Positions 39,970 to 51,596 of a stretch of DNA of 64,000 bases are shown one piece after another. The position numbers were made by a program, and so were the translations under genes. The notes beneath the pieces are model-generated. The model did not search any database, was not told the origin of the DNA, and saw nothing but the letters and a program-made list of their open reading frames with translations. Location of the stretch: assembly GCA_024704765.1 (NCBI GenBank), contig JAKMXF010000133.1, positions 186,001 to 250,000 on the forward strand. Reading direction: 5' to 3'. This stretch comes from Oopsacas minuta (Eukaryota > Animalia > Porifera). Positions within the stretch are counted from its first letter, which is position 1. Every line of letters begins with the position of its first letter.

Positions 39970-42900
39970 TTAATAGTTTGTACGTGCGTACAACTCCTGA
40001 GCATTCCTATGCTCCAGAAGTCTGAGTTTATGTTCATCTGGCATCTGGTGTCTCAGTATACTGGCTGTAGAGTGAGAAGAGTGTATAGACCGCGAGCTGT
40101 TACTGGTGTCACCATGGTGTGATAATTCATTTCCAGTGTCCGGTCGGGACAGTGAGGGGTAATCCTGTCTCCTCTCAAAGGATCGAGTGGTCCGTAGTTC
40201 TGGAGGTGATAGGTCAGAGTTCGGGTCTTCAAATAGAATGCTATCAGCTGGTGCCAAGGTGGTGGGCGGGGAATTTTTATCAAAAGTAGAATCATATGAT
40301 TTCCGGTGACTAATCGAATTAGGTTGAGATAGAAAATCTGGATTGTCCTTAGATGGAGTGTCGAATACCAAAGAGTTGTACCCATAGGACGCATATGACC
40401 CCTGGTTATGGTCTAGGGAGGTAATAGGACAAGAGGGTGGGTGAGAGAGGAAAGGGTTCATAGGAGGGTGGGGAGAGAGGGCGTGTTTTGTCCTGTTAGT
40501 CTTATCAGACATTTTATCAATCTTGTTATTCATCTGCTCTATCCTTTCATTCTGCATTTTAATCTTCATCTCTACATCATACGGGATTTGAGGGGGGTCT
40601 ACTGTTTTATGCTCGTCTAGGACAGTTTGTAAATGTTCTATCTGTCTCTTCAAGTCATAAACACCCTGCATTGTCTCTTGCTGAGCTGTGAGAACGGTCT
40701 TCTCTCCTTCCTGCATATTTCCTTGTAGATATGTCATTAACACTTCATGTTCACGGTTAATATTGTCAAGAACATGTTGATGATTCTTAATACGCATTTT
40801 AGTTATGTCTGGCAATACCTCAGGGCAAACGGTAGGGTAAGTATCCTCCATTGGGAGAGAGTTATGTGTGTGAGAAATTTGATTATGTAAATCCTCCTCC
40901 TCGTTATATAATTCAGTAGAGATATTATTCTGTAAATTAGAGAGTTGAGTTTGCAGATTCTCCAACAAATTATCAATGGTTTGGGTGTGTTTAGCGTTAT
41001 AGTGTTTATTCAATGAATTGTGTTTTCCTTGAATCCGATTTAATTCATTTCTTAATTCTAGTATTTCCTGAAGGTAAGCTTCATTCTGTTGTTCTACCTC
41101 TTCCATTTTCTGGAGAGCATACTCCAGATCTTCAATCCGATCCTTGTATCGGCTTACCCTCGCCCTGAGTACCTCTACCTCATTCTTACCCGCTCTATCA
41201 TTGTCCATACCTTTCTGGTGTCTCAGAGGGTCTAAATATGATCTAGAGAGATCCTTATTAGCTCTCAATTCCTGTAACAGAGATCTTAAATGTTTTAAGT
41301 TAGCTTCCTCTGTCTTCCGATTTACTCTTAGCCTTTTAATAGTGTCCTCCAGCTCTGCTTTCTCATCTAAATACTTGTAAAACTCTGTCTGAGCGTTTCT
41401 CTTCTGCTCGTTAACCTCCCGTAAGCAAAATCTAGCGTTATCTAATTCTATTTGGAATTTGTTGAGTTCCCTCTGTACACGGGACTTCTTGGGTAACAGG
41501 TCATTCAAGTCGTCACCCGCGTATCCTTCTGTTCCTTGTAGTATCCCAGTTAGGTTCTCAATTCGTCTCTGAAGGGTGTCAAGCTGTGGAGTCATCCCTC
41601 CATGAGAGGTCTGTCCCGTAATCACATCTGTCCTAGAACTTCTCCCTCTCAAATGGACGTTTATCTGTTGCAGCTCATCACCTGCTCGCGAGAGCTCAGC
41701 AGCTGTTCTTGAGAGGTGTTGCTGTTCCCTAGCCAGTTGATGGTTCAATCGTTCTTGTTCCTCTTGTTTGGCGCCTAATTTATCTACCTTCTCCTTCAAC
41801 AGCTGTTCGATATCAGACAGGCGGTCTAACACGTTATGTCGTACTGATATATCAACTCGAGTATTCCTGCCTCTCCTGTCAGAAATACCTAGCAACGCTT
41901 CCAACCTATCAATCTCATCTTCCATAGCAACGTGCTCTGGAATGTTACAGAAATACTCCCCATTATCTGTGTTGGTATGATAATGGTTAGTGTGTCGCTC
42001 AACTGGCACACGGTGTGTCTTATGTACATGAATATTGTAGTCATGCTTCGGTCGTGACGTATGTGTGTGTCTGACAGTTTTGTGTCCGCGACTGGGTAGA
42101 TATACATAATTTACATCCGGTTCATGCTCAACCACAGAATGTATGGATTCCTCCGACCCTGTATCAGATAGTACTAAGACTGTACGTTGCGTGAAAGGCC
42201 TGTTAACGGGCTGTTTAGGGCAGTTCTTCTTCACTCGATGTTTCTGTCTCTTCCTAGAAATATATATTTTGTCATGTAGCTCTGTGTCTGACCTGCTGAT
42301 TGATTTCTTAGGCTTCTGTTTTTCTGTCTGAGCTCCCCGAGTAGTCCTATAGTGTACGCGGGTGGTTTTCTCTGTAGAAGGTTTGGGAGGGACAGACTCT
42401 TCTGATTCAGAGTAACTTGAAATTATTTCCTCATCGATAAATATGTCTCTAAATTCTTGTCGTCTGCCTGTGCCTTCAGGTATACGAGTGGTTGTGGATT
42501 TGCTGTTCACCTGGACAGTATCTCTGTCCGGTAGTCTGATCTCCGTCCTGTTTGGGGGTCTGTCCCGTCGAGAGAATACAGAGGACTCACTGATAGTAGG
42601 AGAATCAACGGATACATGGGATTGGTAATAAGCACCTTGTCCTTGTGTCTGGGTTCCAGAAGAATCTTTGAAGGGGTAGGTCTGTACCCCCTGTCCCTGT
42701 CCGATAGTCTGCATTCCTCTACTCTCTGTATCAAAGAAATCAGCCTGTAAGCTCACATTCCGATGAGGCGGTCTGGTTGTCAAGCCGTTGATTTCAATAG
42801 ATTCAGTTAGATTAGAATTATTATCAAAAGTATCTTGATGGTTTAGTTGGTCGTCAAATCTCGGTACACCATTTCTGATACCAGACATATCATGGTAACT

Positions 42901-45900
42901 GTTAGGGTCCTGTGGAGATACCCCTTGGTCAGTGTGCTCACCCAGTAAATTGTTATCCATGGTCTCAGGATTAGTTTGTACACCGACTGTATGCAGATCT
43001 CGTTTCAACTGATCATTCTCCGCTAGTAACAGCTGTATATCTTCCTCTTGACTATGCAGCTGATCGTCTCTAGCTTTTATTCCTAAGTCCATCTGACCTA
43101 TCTCATCCAGCAGCTGTTCTTTGTCTCGCTTCATATCGTTAATTCTCTGAGATAATTCCTCATTCTCTCTGACTAGATTCATATCCAAAATATTAGCTTG
43201 TGAGTTTTGATGGTTAATTCGAGGTTTAACTTGTGTGGCTACTTCAACTCCCCTCTTCTTCTTGAGAGAGTCTAATTCGTGTTCCGCTCTCTCCAATAGT
43301 TCCTGTAGATGAGAGAGTCGGTCTTCTAGTTGGGCTGACCGAAGATCAGGTACTGTTTGAGTTGTCCTATTCACACGATGAGTATTATTCACGATCTCCT
43401 TCAGATCTGCATTCTCAGCTTCTATCTCAACAAGTTGCTCTCTCAATCTCTCAAGTTCCTCTCCGATATGACCAAATAGACTAACCAGCTGATCGCTAAG
43501 CTCCCCTACCATCCTCTCCTCTGGGTATTGGACAATAGGAGGTGGGGGGAGCTGGTGAATAGCCTCAGCTACAGTCTCAGGTTCTCCAAAGGCAGGGACG
43601 GTATCAATTAAGTCTCTCAGCTGATGGACAACAGAACTATAGTCAGCTCCGATGGGTGTTTGAGTAGATTGTGACTGTTTGGGTCTATTCCTATCTTGCT
43701 CCATCTGTGTTATATAATCTCTCAATTCCTGTATTTCATGTTCATATCCTCTTATTTGCGTCTCCATATTTCTATGAGCCAATTCTAATCGATCTGTCTT
43801 TGTGCTTGAATTCTGTCTAGCATTCTCAAGTTGTGCAATAGCCTGTTTAAGCTGTGTAACTTTATCTTTGAGACGGGTATTCTCTCCTTCTACCTGTTGT
43901 CTGTCTAGCTCCTCTTCACGTAATCTCCTCTCTAAGACCTCTCTGTCTCTCTCTAAACTATCTAAACCTTCTAACGCGTCAGTAGCTATAGCCATTTCTC
44001 TTTTCAAAGCTTCTAGTTGTGTCTCAGCATCCAGGAGGGCATTACGGACCTGGTATCGATCCTCATCCGCCTGATCTCTCTCCTCTATAGCTCTAGTCTT
44101 CTCTAGATCTATCGAGTTAATCGTGTCCTCAAGGACCTGATTCTCTAGCTGTTTTTCATTCAGATCCTCTTCTAACTGTTTCATCCTATCAAGTAAATTT
44201 TGTCTTTCCTTCTCCCATGTCTGCTCCCCTGATGGTATATCTACCCGACTACCTGGAGACATTGCTAGCTTAGCACGGGGGCGTGGGGTGTTGGTACTCT
44301 GATCTATCTGATGACACCTTACAGAGACACCTACCTCTACGGTATCCTTATGAAGCCGTCTCCAGAGACCATTTCTCTCCTGAGTGAGTGCTTTCTGGTC
44401 CCCTAAGAGGTTCTGTATCTCTATTTCCTGTTCCAATAATTTCTCCTTCAATTCATCTAACTCATTTGTACTAGTTTGTACTACTACTGATTCTGTTTCT
44501 ATGTTAAGCACATCATTCAGTTTAGCTACTAGTTCTGCTTTATCAGCGATCAGCTGTTCCCTCTCAGCTCTCTCTCGTATCAGCTGTTCATTCAAAACAG
44601 CTGTTTCATGTTGCATTAGTTCAACCTGTTCTCCAACACTGACACTTCTCCCTAGTTTATGATCTATCTCCCTCATAGCTAGCTCTTTCTGAGCAATTAG
44701 TTCCGCTAATTTATCCAGGTCCTGTTTACTAGCATTATCCAAGACAGACTCTCTCACAATTGAGGTAGTCTCCGAGTCTGAATCATCTATGGTAAGGTCT
44801 AAATGCTCTTGGTGTCGTCTCTTCAGTTCTCTGAGCTCCTCCTTTACAGCTGCTAATCTCTGTAGTAGCTCGGTGTCGTCATCAGTAGGAGGACTCATTT
44901 GTCCTGCCTGTATACTCTGATCGGATTTGTCAATACTATTACATATATCCTCCTCTTTCCTATTTGACACCTGTATCCCTTGTTCCTTCATGTGAACTAA
45001 TCTAGCTAGGTGAGCAGGATCCCCTGAGTCAGGTGGCTGTATAACACCCTGTCTGCTATACTGTACCCCTGGCATAGCTTGGTAAGAAGCCGGTTGGGAA
45101 AGATCCGGGTGATTAGTCCGGTGGACAGTTGATGAGGGCATAAACCTTGCCTGACCAAGATAGGGTATCTCTTCAAGGTCAGAATTCTCAGAATCAGGTG
45201 CAAAATTTGGCTGAAACAAATCTGTGTATCTAGAATGATCCACTTTAAAATCTAGCTTATAGAACGCCAGCTGATTCTCTAACTCTAATTTAGACCGGAG
45301 AATATGATTCATTTCATTTGTCTTCTGGTCAACTAATCGCAGCTGTACAGCTAGTTGGTCGTCTAGACGGATAGTCTCGTCCCTCTTAACCTGTAATTCA
45401 TTCTTGTAATGAGTCTCATTCTTCTCTAATTTATCTTTCCCCTTCAGAGCTTCATCTAAGTCCTGTTCCAAGTTTATAACCTTCTCTCTGAGCTGTGTCA
45501 GCTCCGTCTCATGAATCTCCAGAGTGTCCCTCGCGTACTTTGCCCCTGCCCCCATCTTCTCCTCCTCTGATATTGGATCACCGTCCAGCAGCTCCAGCGT
45601 AGGGATACCATAGACTATCATACCTCTGCAGTGAGGTAGAAGGGATAGAGGATTGTCTTCGATGCTCAAATGAACCAAACCAGTGAGAGATCTTAATTTA
45701 ATGACGTCAGGGAGTGATACTAGTTTATTCCCAGCAAGATAAAGCTCCCTAAGAGCTGTTAGCTTCTTAGCTAGGTATATCGGTATCCGTTGTATTTGGT
45801 TATTAGATACGTCAAGGACTGTAAGGTTTATAAGCGGCCATAGACCGTCGAGATTATCCAGTTTGTTATATGAGATGTAGACCTTTTGGAGTTGAGTTAG

Positions 45901-46314
45901 TTTAGCTAGTCTGTCACAGCGGGATAGGACGTTACCAGATAAGTTTATCTCTACAAGGTTAGTCAGCTGTTCTGTCTGATCGATATACGGGAATTTACGG
46001 CTATTGGGTTTATTCGGGGGACACGATAAGTCCAATTTGGTGATTAGTTTTAGATTATTCTGTCCCGTAACTGTACGGAATAGTTCTGCATCCATGTAGC
46101 GGATTAGTGTGTTATCTTGTGGAGCCAATACAGTGAGAGGGATTTTTGAATCCCTCCGTCCAATCTGTTGAGGGAGTTTACGACCAGATTTAGGACTGTT
46201 TATAAATGACTGATGTTTGGTTAGAGTGCTAGGCTCTGTGGAGACGCTAGGTACCGGATTCTTAGGATTACTATTTGACCGAACAACTTTATTCGGACGA
46301 GGACTATTCGACAT
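39970..46314 (-). CDS. CNTRL: Centriolin-like protein (N-terminal LRRs plus long coiled coil), single 6.3-kb ORF
   Basis: LIRYMDAELFRTVTG, KFPYIDQTEQLTNLVEINLS, PIYLAKKLTALRELYLAGN, LSIEDNPLSLLPHCRGMIVY and YFCNIPEHVAMEDEI resemble centriolin. Confidence 0.85.
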   Translation of the reverse strand: MSNSPRPNKVVRSNSNPKNPVPSVSTEPSTLTKHQSFINSPKSGRKLPQQIGRRDSKIPLTVLAPQDNTLIRYMDAELFRTVTGQNNLKLITKLDLSCPPNKPNSRKFPYIDQTEQLTNLVEINLSGNVLSRCDRLAKLTQLQKVYISYNKLDNLDGLWPLINLTVLDVSNNQIQRIPIYLAKKLTALRELYLAGNKLVSLPDVIKLRSLTGLVHLSIEDNPLSLLPHCRGMIVYGIPTLELLDGDPISEEEKMGAGAKYARDTLEIHETELTQLREKVINLEQDLDEALKGKDKLEKNETHYKNELQVKRDETIRLDDQLAVQLRLVDQKTNEMNHILRSKLELENQLAFYKLDFKVDHSRYTDLFQPNFAPDSENSDLEEIPYLGQARFMPSSTVHRTNHPDLSQPASYQAMPGVQYSRQGVIQPPDSGDPAHLARLVHMKEQGIQVSNRKEEDICNSIDKSDQSIQAGQMSPPTDDDTELLQRLAAVKEELRELKRRHQEHLDLTIDDSDSETTSIVRESVLDNASKQDLDKLAELIAQKELAMREIDHKLGRSVSVGEQVELMQHETAVLNEQLIRERAEREQLIADKAELVAKLNDVLNIETESVVVQTSTNELDELKEKLLEQEIEIQNLLGDQKALTQERNGLWRRLHKDTVEVGVSVRCHQIDQSTNTPRPRAKLAMSPGSRVDIPSGEQTWEKERQNLLDRMKQLEEDLNEKQLENQVLEDTINSIDLEKTRAIEERDQADEDRYQVRNALLDAETQLEALKREMAIATDALEGLDSLERDREVLERRLREEELDRQQVEGENTRLKDKVTQLKQAIAQLENARQNSSTKTDRLELAHRNMETQIRGYEHEIQELRDYITQMEQDRNRPKQSQSTQTPIGADYSSVVHQLRDLIDTVPAFGEPETVAEAIHQLPPPPIVQYPEERMVGELSDQLVSLFGHIGEELERLREQLVEIEAENADLKEIVNNTHRVNRTTQTVPDLRSAQLEDRLSHLQELLERAEHELDSLKKKRGVEVATQVKPRINHQNSQANILDMNLVRENEELSQRINDMKRDKEQLLDEIGQMDLGIKARDDQLHSQEEDIQLLLAENDQLKRDLHTVGVQTNPETMDNNLLGEHTDQGVSPQDPNSYHDMSGIRNGVPRFDDQLNHQDTFDNNSNLTESIEINGLTTRPPHRNVSLQADFFDTESRGMQTIGQGQGVQTYPFKDSSGTQTQGQGAYYQSHVSVDSPTISESSVFSRRDRPPNRTEIRLPDRDTVQVNSKSTTTRIPEGTGRRQEFRDIFIDEEIISSYSESEESVPPKPSTEKTTRVHYRTTRGAQTEKQKPKKSISRSDTELHDKIYISRKRQKHRVKKNCPKQPVNRPFTQRTVLVLSDTGSEESIHSVVEHEPDVNYVYLPSRGHKTVRHTHTSRPKHDYNIHVHKTHRVPVERHTNHYHTNTDNGEYFCNIPEHVAMEDEIDRLEALLGISDRRGRNTRVDISVRHNVLDRLSDIEQLLKEKVDKLGAKQEEQERLNHQLAREQQHLSRTAAELSRAGDELQQINVHLRGRSSRTDVITGQTSHGGMTPQLDTLQRRIENLTGILQGTEGYAGDDLNDLLPKKSRVQRELNKFQIELDNARFCLREVNEQKRNAQTEFYKYLDEKAELEDTIKRLRVNRKTEEANLKHLRSLLQELRANKDLSRSYLDPLRHQKGMDNDRAGKNEVEVLRARVSRYKDRIEDLEYALQKMEEVEQQNEAYLQEILELRNELNRIQGKHNSLNKHYNAKHTQTIDNLLENLQTQLSNLQNNISTELYNEEEDLHNQISHTHNSLPMEDTYPTVCPEVLPDITKMRIKNHQHVLDNINREHEVLMTYLQGNMQEGEKTVLTAQQETMQGVYDLKRQIEHLQTVLDEHKTVDPPQIPYDVEMKIKMQNERIEQMNNKIDKMSDKTNRTKHALSPHPPMNPFLSHPPSCPITSLDHNQGSYASYGYNSLVFDTPSKDNPDFLSQPNSISHRKSYDSTFDKNSPPTTLAPADSILFEDPNSDLSPPELRTTRSFERRQDYPSLSRPDTGNELSHHGDTSNSSRSIHSSHSTASILRHQMPDEHKLRLLEHRNAQELYARTNY

Positions 46315-47004
46315 TTTGATAACTTCTCAATACAATTCTAATAATTGAATACAACCAAATATATATACTGATTAGTGCATGTACGTACAATCTCAGAGAT
46401 ATGCTGATATTACCACAAGGAACTGAATTACGTTTTCCTACCATTTAAATGTCTAGCAATGCTTTGATACTCAATTAGCAGATTACAGAGTTCATTATTA
46501 AGGAACAAAACAACAAAATACGGGAGGTTATTGCATAAACTGATTCAGATTTCATAGAACAACAATTTGGAATATTCGCTTCAAGAAGCGATGGAGATAG
46601 CATAATCTGTATTGAGTAATACATAGTTCATATCTTAGTATATTGAACTGAGATAAGACTGTAAGATGTAGTTTCGTGTAATTGTGTAACAGTCAGATTT
46701 GCCCATAAATTATGAATGACGATTATACAACACTACAAACGTAGGACGAATTAATGGATTAATAAGAGAATATTCGATGATAAGTTCAATGCTATTTGAG
46801 CTCTCTGTCATTTAATGTATTGCTATGTACCTTACGTAATCTGATTGTACTCATGTGCGTAGCTGAGAGCGGACATACTCGCATCATTATATTGTCTATA
46901 CAACCCATAAATTCGTTATGATTATACAAGAAAATGAGGAGTGGCTGTGTGTAAGGTCTCTACACGTAGTTCACAGATCTGACAAGATAATGAGTTTGAT
47001 ATTC

Positions 47005-47080
47005 TACACATATCCCATACTTTCTTACTGTGTATACCGGTTATACTACCAAGGGTGTTATTATAACCGGTATCTACTGT
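47005..47080. mobile_element. Partial MITE family 2 copy
   Basis: ATACCGGTTATA...CCAAGGGTGTTATTATAACCGGTATCTACTGT matches the right end of 19626-19768. Confidence 0.65.
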
Positions 47081-47186
47081 CTTTCCAAATACGCAGCTAT
47101 TCCCATTGTATAATATATGAATATAGCAAAAGCTGAACAAAAGAGGAAACAAACAACCCGGACATACATACAAATAACAAAATATA

Positions 47187-47984
47187 TTATAACACTAATC
47201 TTACAGGGAAATAGGAAGATAGTAGTTTTGCATAACACTCATGATCATCAGCCTTACGAACTACGAATACTATACCGTCAATAGATTCTCTATTCCCTTC
47301 TAGTTCTAACAGCCAATTCCTTATCGTACTTATCGCAGCATTGGCAGCTTCTACACAGTTATAGGCGGACTGACCCGTGGATATACAACAGAACGCTATT
47401 GTACGTAGTTTAGAACGCTTAGCTATTCGTAGACAAGATCTATAGCAGTCTCCCAGTGCTTCTTCTCTGCCTAGTTCTTGTCCTTGTGGTCCTACTGTGT
47501 GTATGACGTGTTTAGCTGGTAGATCGTAGCCCTTGGTCAGCACGGCCTCTCCTACATCACATACCCCAATCGTCTGACACTCTTCCAGAAGATCTGGTCC
47601 CGCTCTTGAGTGAATGGACCCGTTTACACCGCTCCCAGTCGACAGCATAACATTACCCGCATTGACAATAGCATCAACCTCTAGGTCAGTTATATCCCCG
47701 GAGTGTAGCGTGATTTTGTGGTGGAGCTTCGTCTCAATAATGCCACGGGTCTCTACGTCGAAGGCAGCTGTTTCTATTGCAACTTCTTTTGCTAGCTGGT
47801 CTAAAGATTTCTTGTCGTTTTCTTCAAGTCGGTCTATCGCTAATTCCCAGTGTTTCTGTAGGTGAGGGAATTTGAATAACACCTGGAATTCCCCGTAAGT
47901 CTCAGCCCATCGAGGAAGAGCGGAGAGAGAGTAGGAGCCCTTGGATGCAGCCGGTATAGTCTCTGTTTCTAAGTCATAGGCCAT
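47187..47984 (-). CDS. Macro domain protein (MacroD/GDAP2-like)
   Basis: GDITDLEVDAIVNAGN, GEAVLTKGYDLPAKHVIHTVGP and TIAFCCISTG. Confidence 0.88.
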   Translation of the reverse strand: MAYDLETETIPAASKGSYSLSALPRWAETYGEFQVLFKFPHLQKHWELAIDRLEENDKKSLDQLAKEVAIETAAFDVETRGIIETKLHHKITLHSGDITDLEVDAIVNAGNVMLSTGSGVNGSIHSRAGPDLLEECQTIGVCDVGEAVLTKGYDLPAKHVIHTVGPQGQELGREEALGDCYRSCLRIAKRSKLRTIAFCCISTGQSAYNCVEAANAAISTIRNWLLELEGNRESIDGIVFVVRKADDHECYAKLLSSYFPVRLVL

Positions 47985-48194
47985 TTTTGTAGAAAGATGA
48001 AATATAAATTCCGAATGCTTCTATTTATGTCAGAATGATAACAAAATAGCTAAAATTAGAACTGATTTGTATTTGATAGAATCTTGAGATGAATTAATAG
48101 CTCCTTGTGACCTACCAAAATTAGTGCATTATTCCTAATACTAAAAATAGAATTACAGCTTCTATAGTGGTGAATTAGCAACAAAGAAATATGC

Positions 48195-48267
48195 GCCGGG
48201 ATAGCTCAGTTGGGAGAGCGTTAGACTGAAGATCTAAAGGTCCCTGGTTCGATCCCTGGTCACGGCA
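48195..48267 (+). tRNA. trnF-GAA: tRNA-Phe(GAA) followed by a TTTTT Pol III terminator
   Basis: GCCGGGATAGCTCAGTTGGGAGAGCGTTAGACTGAAGATCTAAAGGTCCCTGGTTCGATCCCTGGTCACGGCA; anticodon at 48228-30. One acceptor-stem and one T-stem mismatch. Confidence 0.9.
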
Positions 48268-48468
48268 CTTTTTGGCTTGAGTTGGAATTTTGTTCCAAAT
48301 TCTGGATACACCTCCGTGGGTTCGAACACCATCAGTGGGGTAACCCTTTGGACGAAAATAATAATTCTCCCAGCACGCGAAATACGGGATTTGTGAACTT
48401 TGTGTAGTTATGTATAACATTGTATCATATCCATAGTATGAATAATATTCTAATACACAAATGAATAC

Positions 48469-50987
48469 TCAAAAACACATTTTATTTAGTTTTGGAATAG
48501 AATTAATGATATCTCTAATATTAGGTGTTACCACGCCCCTGTTCCTGTCCTCACTCGGTTCTTCCACAAACCGTGACTCACTCCCAAATTCAATTACGTT
48601 CTCTTCAATTCTTCTAGTGACCAAATCCATATTTTGTGCTCTATTAGCATTTTTCTGAGCAGTCCTGTGACGTAAGGAAGATTGCAGAAGCCTTTCTTGC
48701 AAAGCTGTAACAAGAGCATCTGATTTACCCTCTATTTCTGTGAAACTTCCAATCATATCATTTTCAAAGTCATATTTACGTTTATAGGGGGTGGCGATCA
48801 CAGATGGTCCCTTCTGGGAGTCTAATAGTCTCTGGAATTGTTCTTCATAACTTTGAATCGTGTGTTCCTGATTTTGACAAAGTTTTGCCAATTTCTTATA
48901 CCTACATTATAGCAGTAAATTACAAACGGTAAAGGAACACTGCAGTGTTACCTAGCCGACAGGATGTGTGATTATTATTTATGAAGCTGAATTATCTCAA
49001 AAATTCGTGTAAGTACAAACTTCTCATTTTTATCAGACAAAATATGAAAACAAAATATGATAATCATGATATTTGTTTTGTCTCTCAGATTGTATATTTT
49101 AAGAATTTATCAAATATGAATACACGTGTATAACCAATTATATGTAATTAACCCAATAATTAAGGAGAAATCAACAATTACGATTTGCACCTAATTATCT
49201 TGTCTACTCACATATAGTTATCTGTTGGCGCTATTGAGATAGTTCATATGATATTTGCATAAATCTCACGTTAAAACCTCTGCCCTTTGGTTGTAATATA
49301 ATTCACACATATGTAATTCTGCATATTATTGTAAACTGCTGAAAATATATTTAACGCATTTTCTAAGAAACAGACTGTTTGCTCGAAATGGTGCAGACAC
49401 GATAAAAATAAAATACAGCCAACTTCCGTTTTGTTGAAGCTCAAGGGACCGTGATGATTACTTCGATAGAACATATGAATATATGTTCTTTGACGGTTTG
49501 GTACCATATTTGTACAATTTAAGACTTCGATATCAGCGGAGGTATTTGGATCTAACGGGAGTTGATTGTATATGAATAAATGCTTGTGCATAAAGATTAC
49601 CTTACTGCTCTCTCTTGCAGGTGACGGACAATTTCCTGCTGCAAGAGAGTAGATTCTTGAATTTGAGAGAAACTCTCTTGTAATTCAGAATATCCCTCCA
49701 GACTCAAATACAGATTGTCTATTAATTCTTTTGATTGATCGCATTTACGAGATAACACATCTCTCTCCTGTTGTAGCATTAAGTATTTATGAATAATTTC
49801 TGATCTAAATAATAAACAATAAAATAAATAACAACAAATAATAATAATACTGTTATTGCTTACTTTTCAGAATTATCTAGAGCTGATCTAGAAAACGAAG
49901 GTAGATGTTGTGCAGGTTGTAAAGATTCTAATTTCCTTTGAAAACTATTATTTTCAATCTTCAACTGATCTCTCTCATTTTTAACTCTCTCTAATTCTTC
50001 GCTAAATTTAATCAATTCCCCTTCCGTACTGTCCTCTGTCCTGACAACTCCATGAGACTCTTCATGAGTACCAAGGAACATGAAGGGATAATCTTTCTTC
50101 TTCATTCTAAGAAGAATTTTGAACCCATGAGACAATTGGTCACCTTTAAGATAACCAACTGTATCAGCAACATTCTTGATAAGCGATTTGGTTGCTAGGG
50201 AAGATAATAGACTAGTTTGCAATTCGATATAGCATATAACATCTGGGGGATTATCAAACCAAGGGACTACAGAATCAACCGGGTACTTATGGAGGACGAT
50301 AACAAGAAAATGAGATTCCATTCTGTAATTAAAACTTCCTTCAGAAATAAACGAATAATGAACTATTTGTATTGGAGTTGTTATGTAGTTTGTTTGTATG
50401 TTTGTTTGTTGTTTTGAATAATCTCCGAATTTTATACTCTGTCTGTAAGACGCTAGAGGTTTCGATCTAACAACTTCAACCGAAATAATACATTTTTCAC
50501 TTTCACTTTCAGATATGAAAGCTAATTCTAGACCGCTGTAAGAATAGTAGTTCATAGCTCTGGGCGATTTTATGACAGAAAATTTAAGAGAGAGGGTATG
50601 TCCACATGCCAGCAGATGATAAGGACGTAACACATCTAGTAACGACAATTCTATCGCGGTTATCAATACTAGTTTATCAATATTGATATCAACAACAGAT
50701 ATCTCAACCCAAGGCTCATTATGTGAAACTGTTAGAGATATTCGAGTTAGAATAGAAGATTCATTTTTAGATAACAAACTGGATTGTTCAAAGTAATTGT
50801 TTTTAGTTAGTATAATGCTAGAAGTATTTGGCTCAGAGACAAGAACTGAGAAGGCTTTGTAAGAAGACTGCGGTGTAGACGGGAATACGGAATGTAAAGT
50901 TATATGACAGGCCTGCTCTGTGGAGATTAGAGATATAGGATCTGTTGTATCAGTTCCAAAAGGATGAAATTCGGATAATGTATCCAT
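48469..50987 (-). CDS. CCDC33-like C2/coiled-coil protein, three exons (approx. 50987-49864, ~49768-49601, 48901-48469)
   Basis: Beta-rich N-terminal exon; spliced coil QQEIVRHLQERAVR|YKKLAKLCQNQEHTIQSYE resembles CCDC33 as recalled. Confidence 0.55.
49414..49570. mobile_element. MITE family 1 copy, intronic
   Basis: TA-CAGCCAACTTCC...GGGAGTTGATTG-TA; core shared with 3568-3736. Confidence 0.8.
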
Positions 50988-51596
50988 TTATTAATATACG
51001 TATACACGAATTCTAATCTAATTACAGTTTTGTTTACCATTCGTATTGGAATTGTTTGGGTATTAGCAAGGGAAATTCGTGCAAAATACAATTGCAAAAA
51101 TAGGCGAACTCCACTACGTAGGAAAGACGGAAGCAATATTGTTTATCCAGTTTTGGAGAACGTACAACACTAAGCAGCTTGTGTTTAGCGGACACTTTGC
51201 CAGCTGGACACCTATGCTGGTGTTAAGAGGTTCTACATATGCAAATGTTAGCGACCAGAAGAGACCGATAAATACCCAGCCACCCAATAAAGACCCCATT
51301 AACTTGAATATTAAAGAAAACGCGAGATGATAAATATTAAATATACGAATATACATATAACAACAATCACAAACTATTACATATAATACAATGCAATGTG
51401 TATATTTATAGAAGTGCTCTATACGGATATGGAAGTACATAATTAAGTGAAGTCGAGCCTAAAATATGTAAACACAAATCTACGTGAAAATCGTACTAAA
51501 CTCATATAATACATTAACAAACTATTGCTAGAAGTAGATAGACTAAATATACACACGAGTAGTCGTATCTTATTTGACTTAAAAACTTCAGTGTAT

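Noticed and set aside
48175-48420. Minus-strand 81-aa ORF
   Set aside because: It is the antisense translation of the tRNA-Phe gene.
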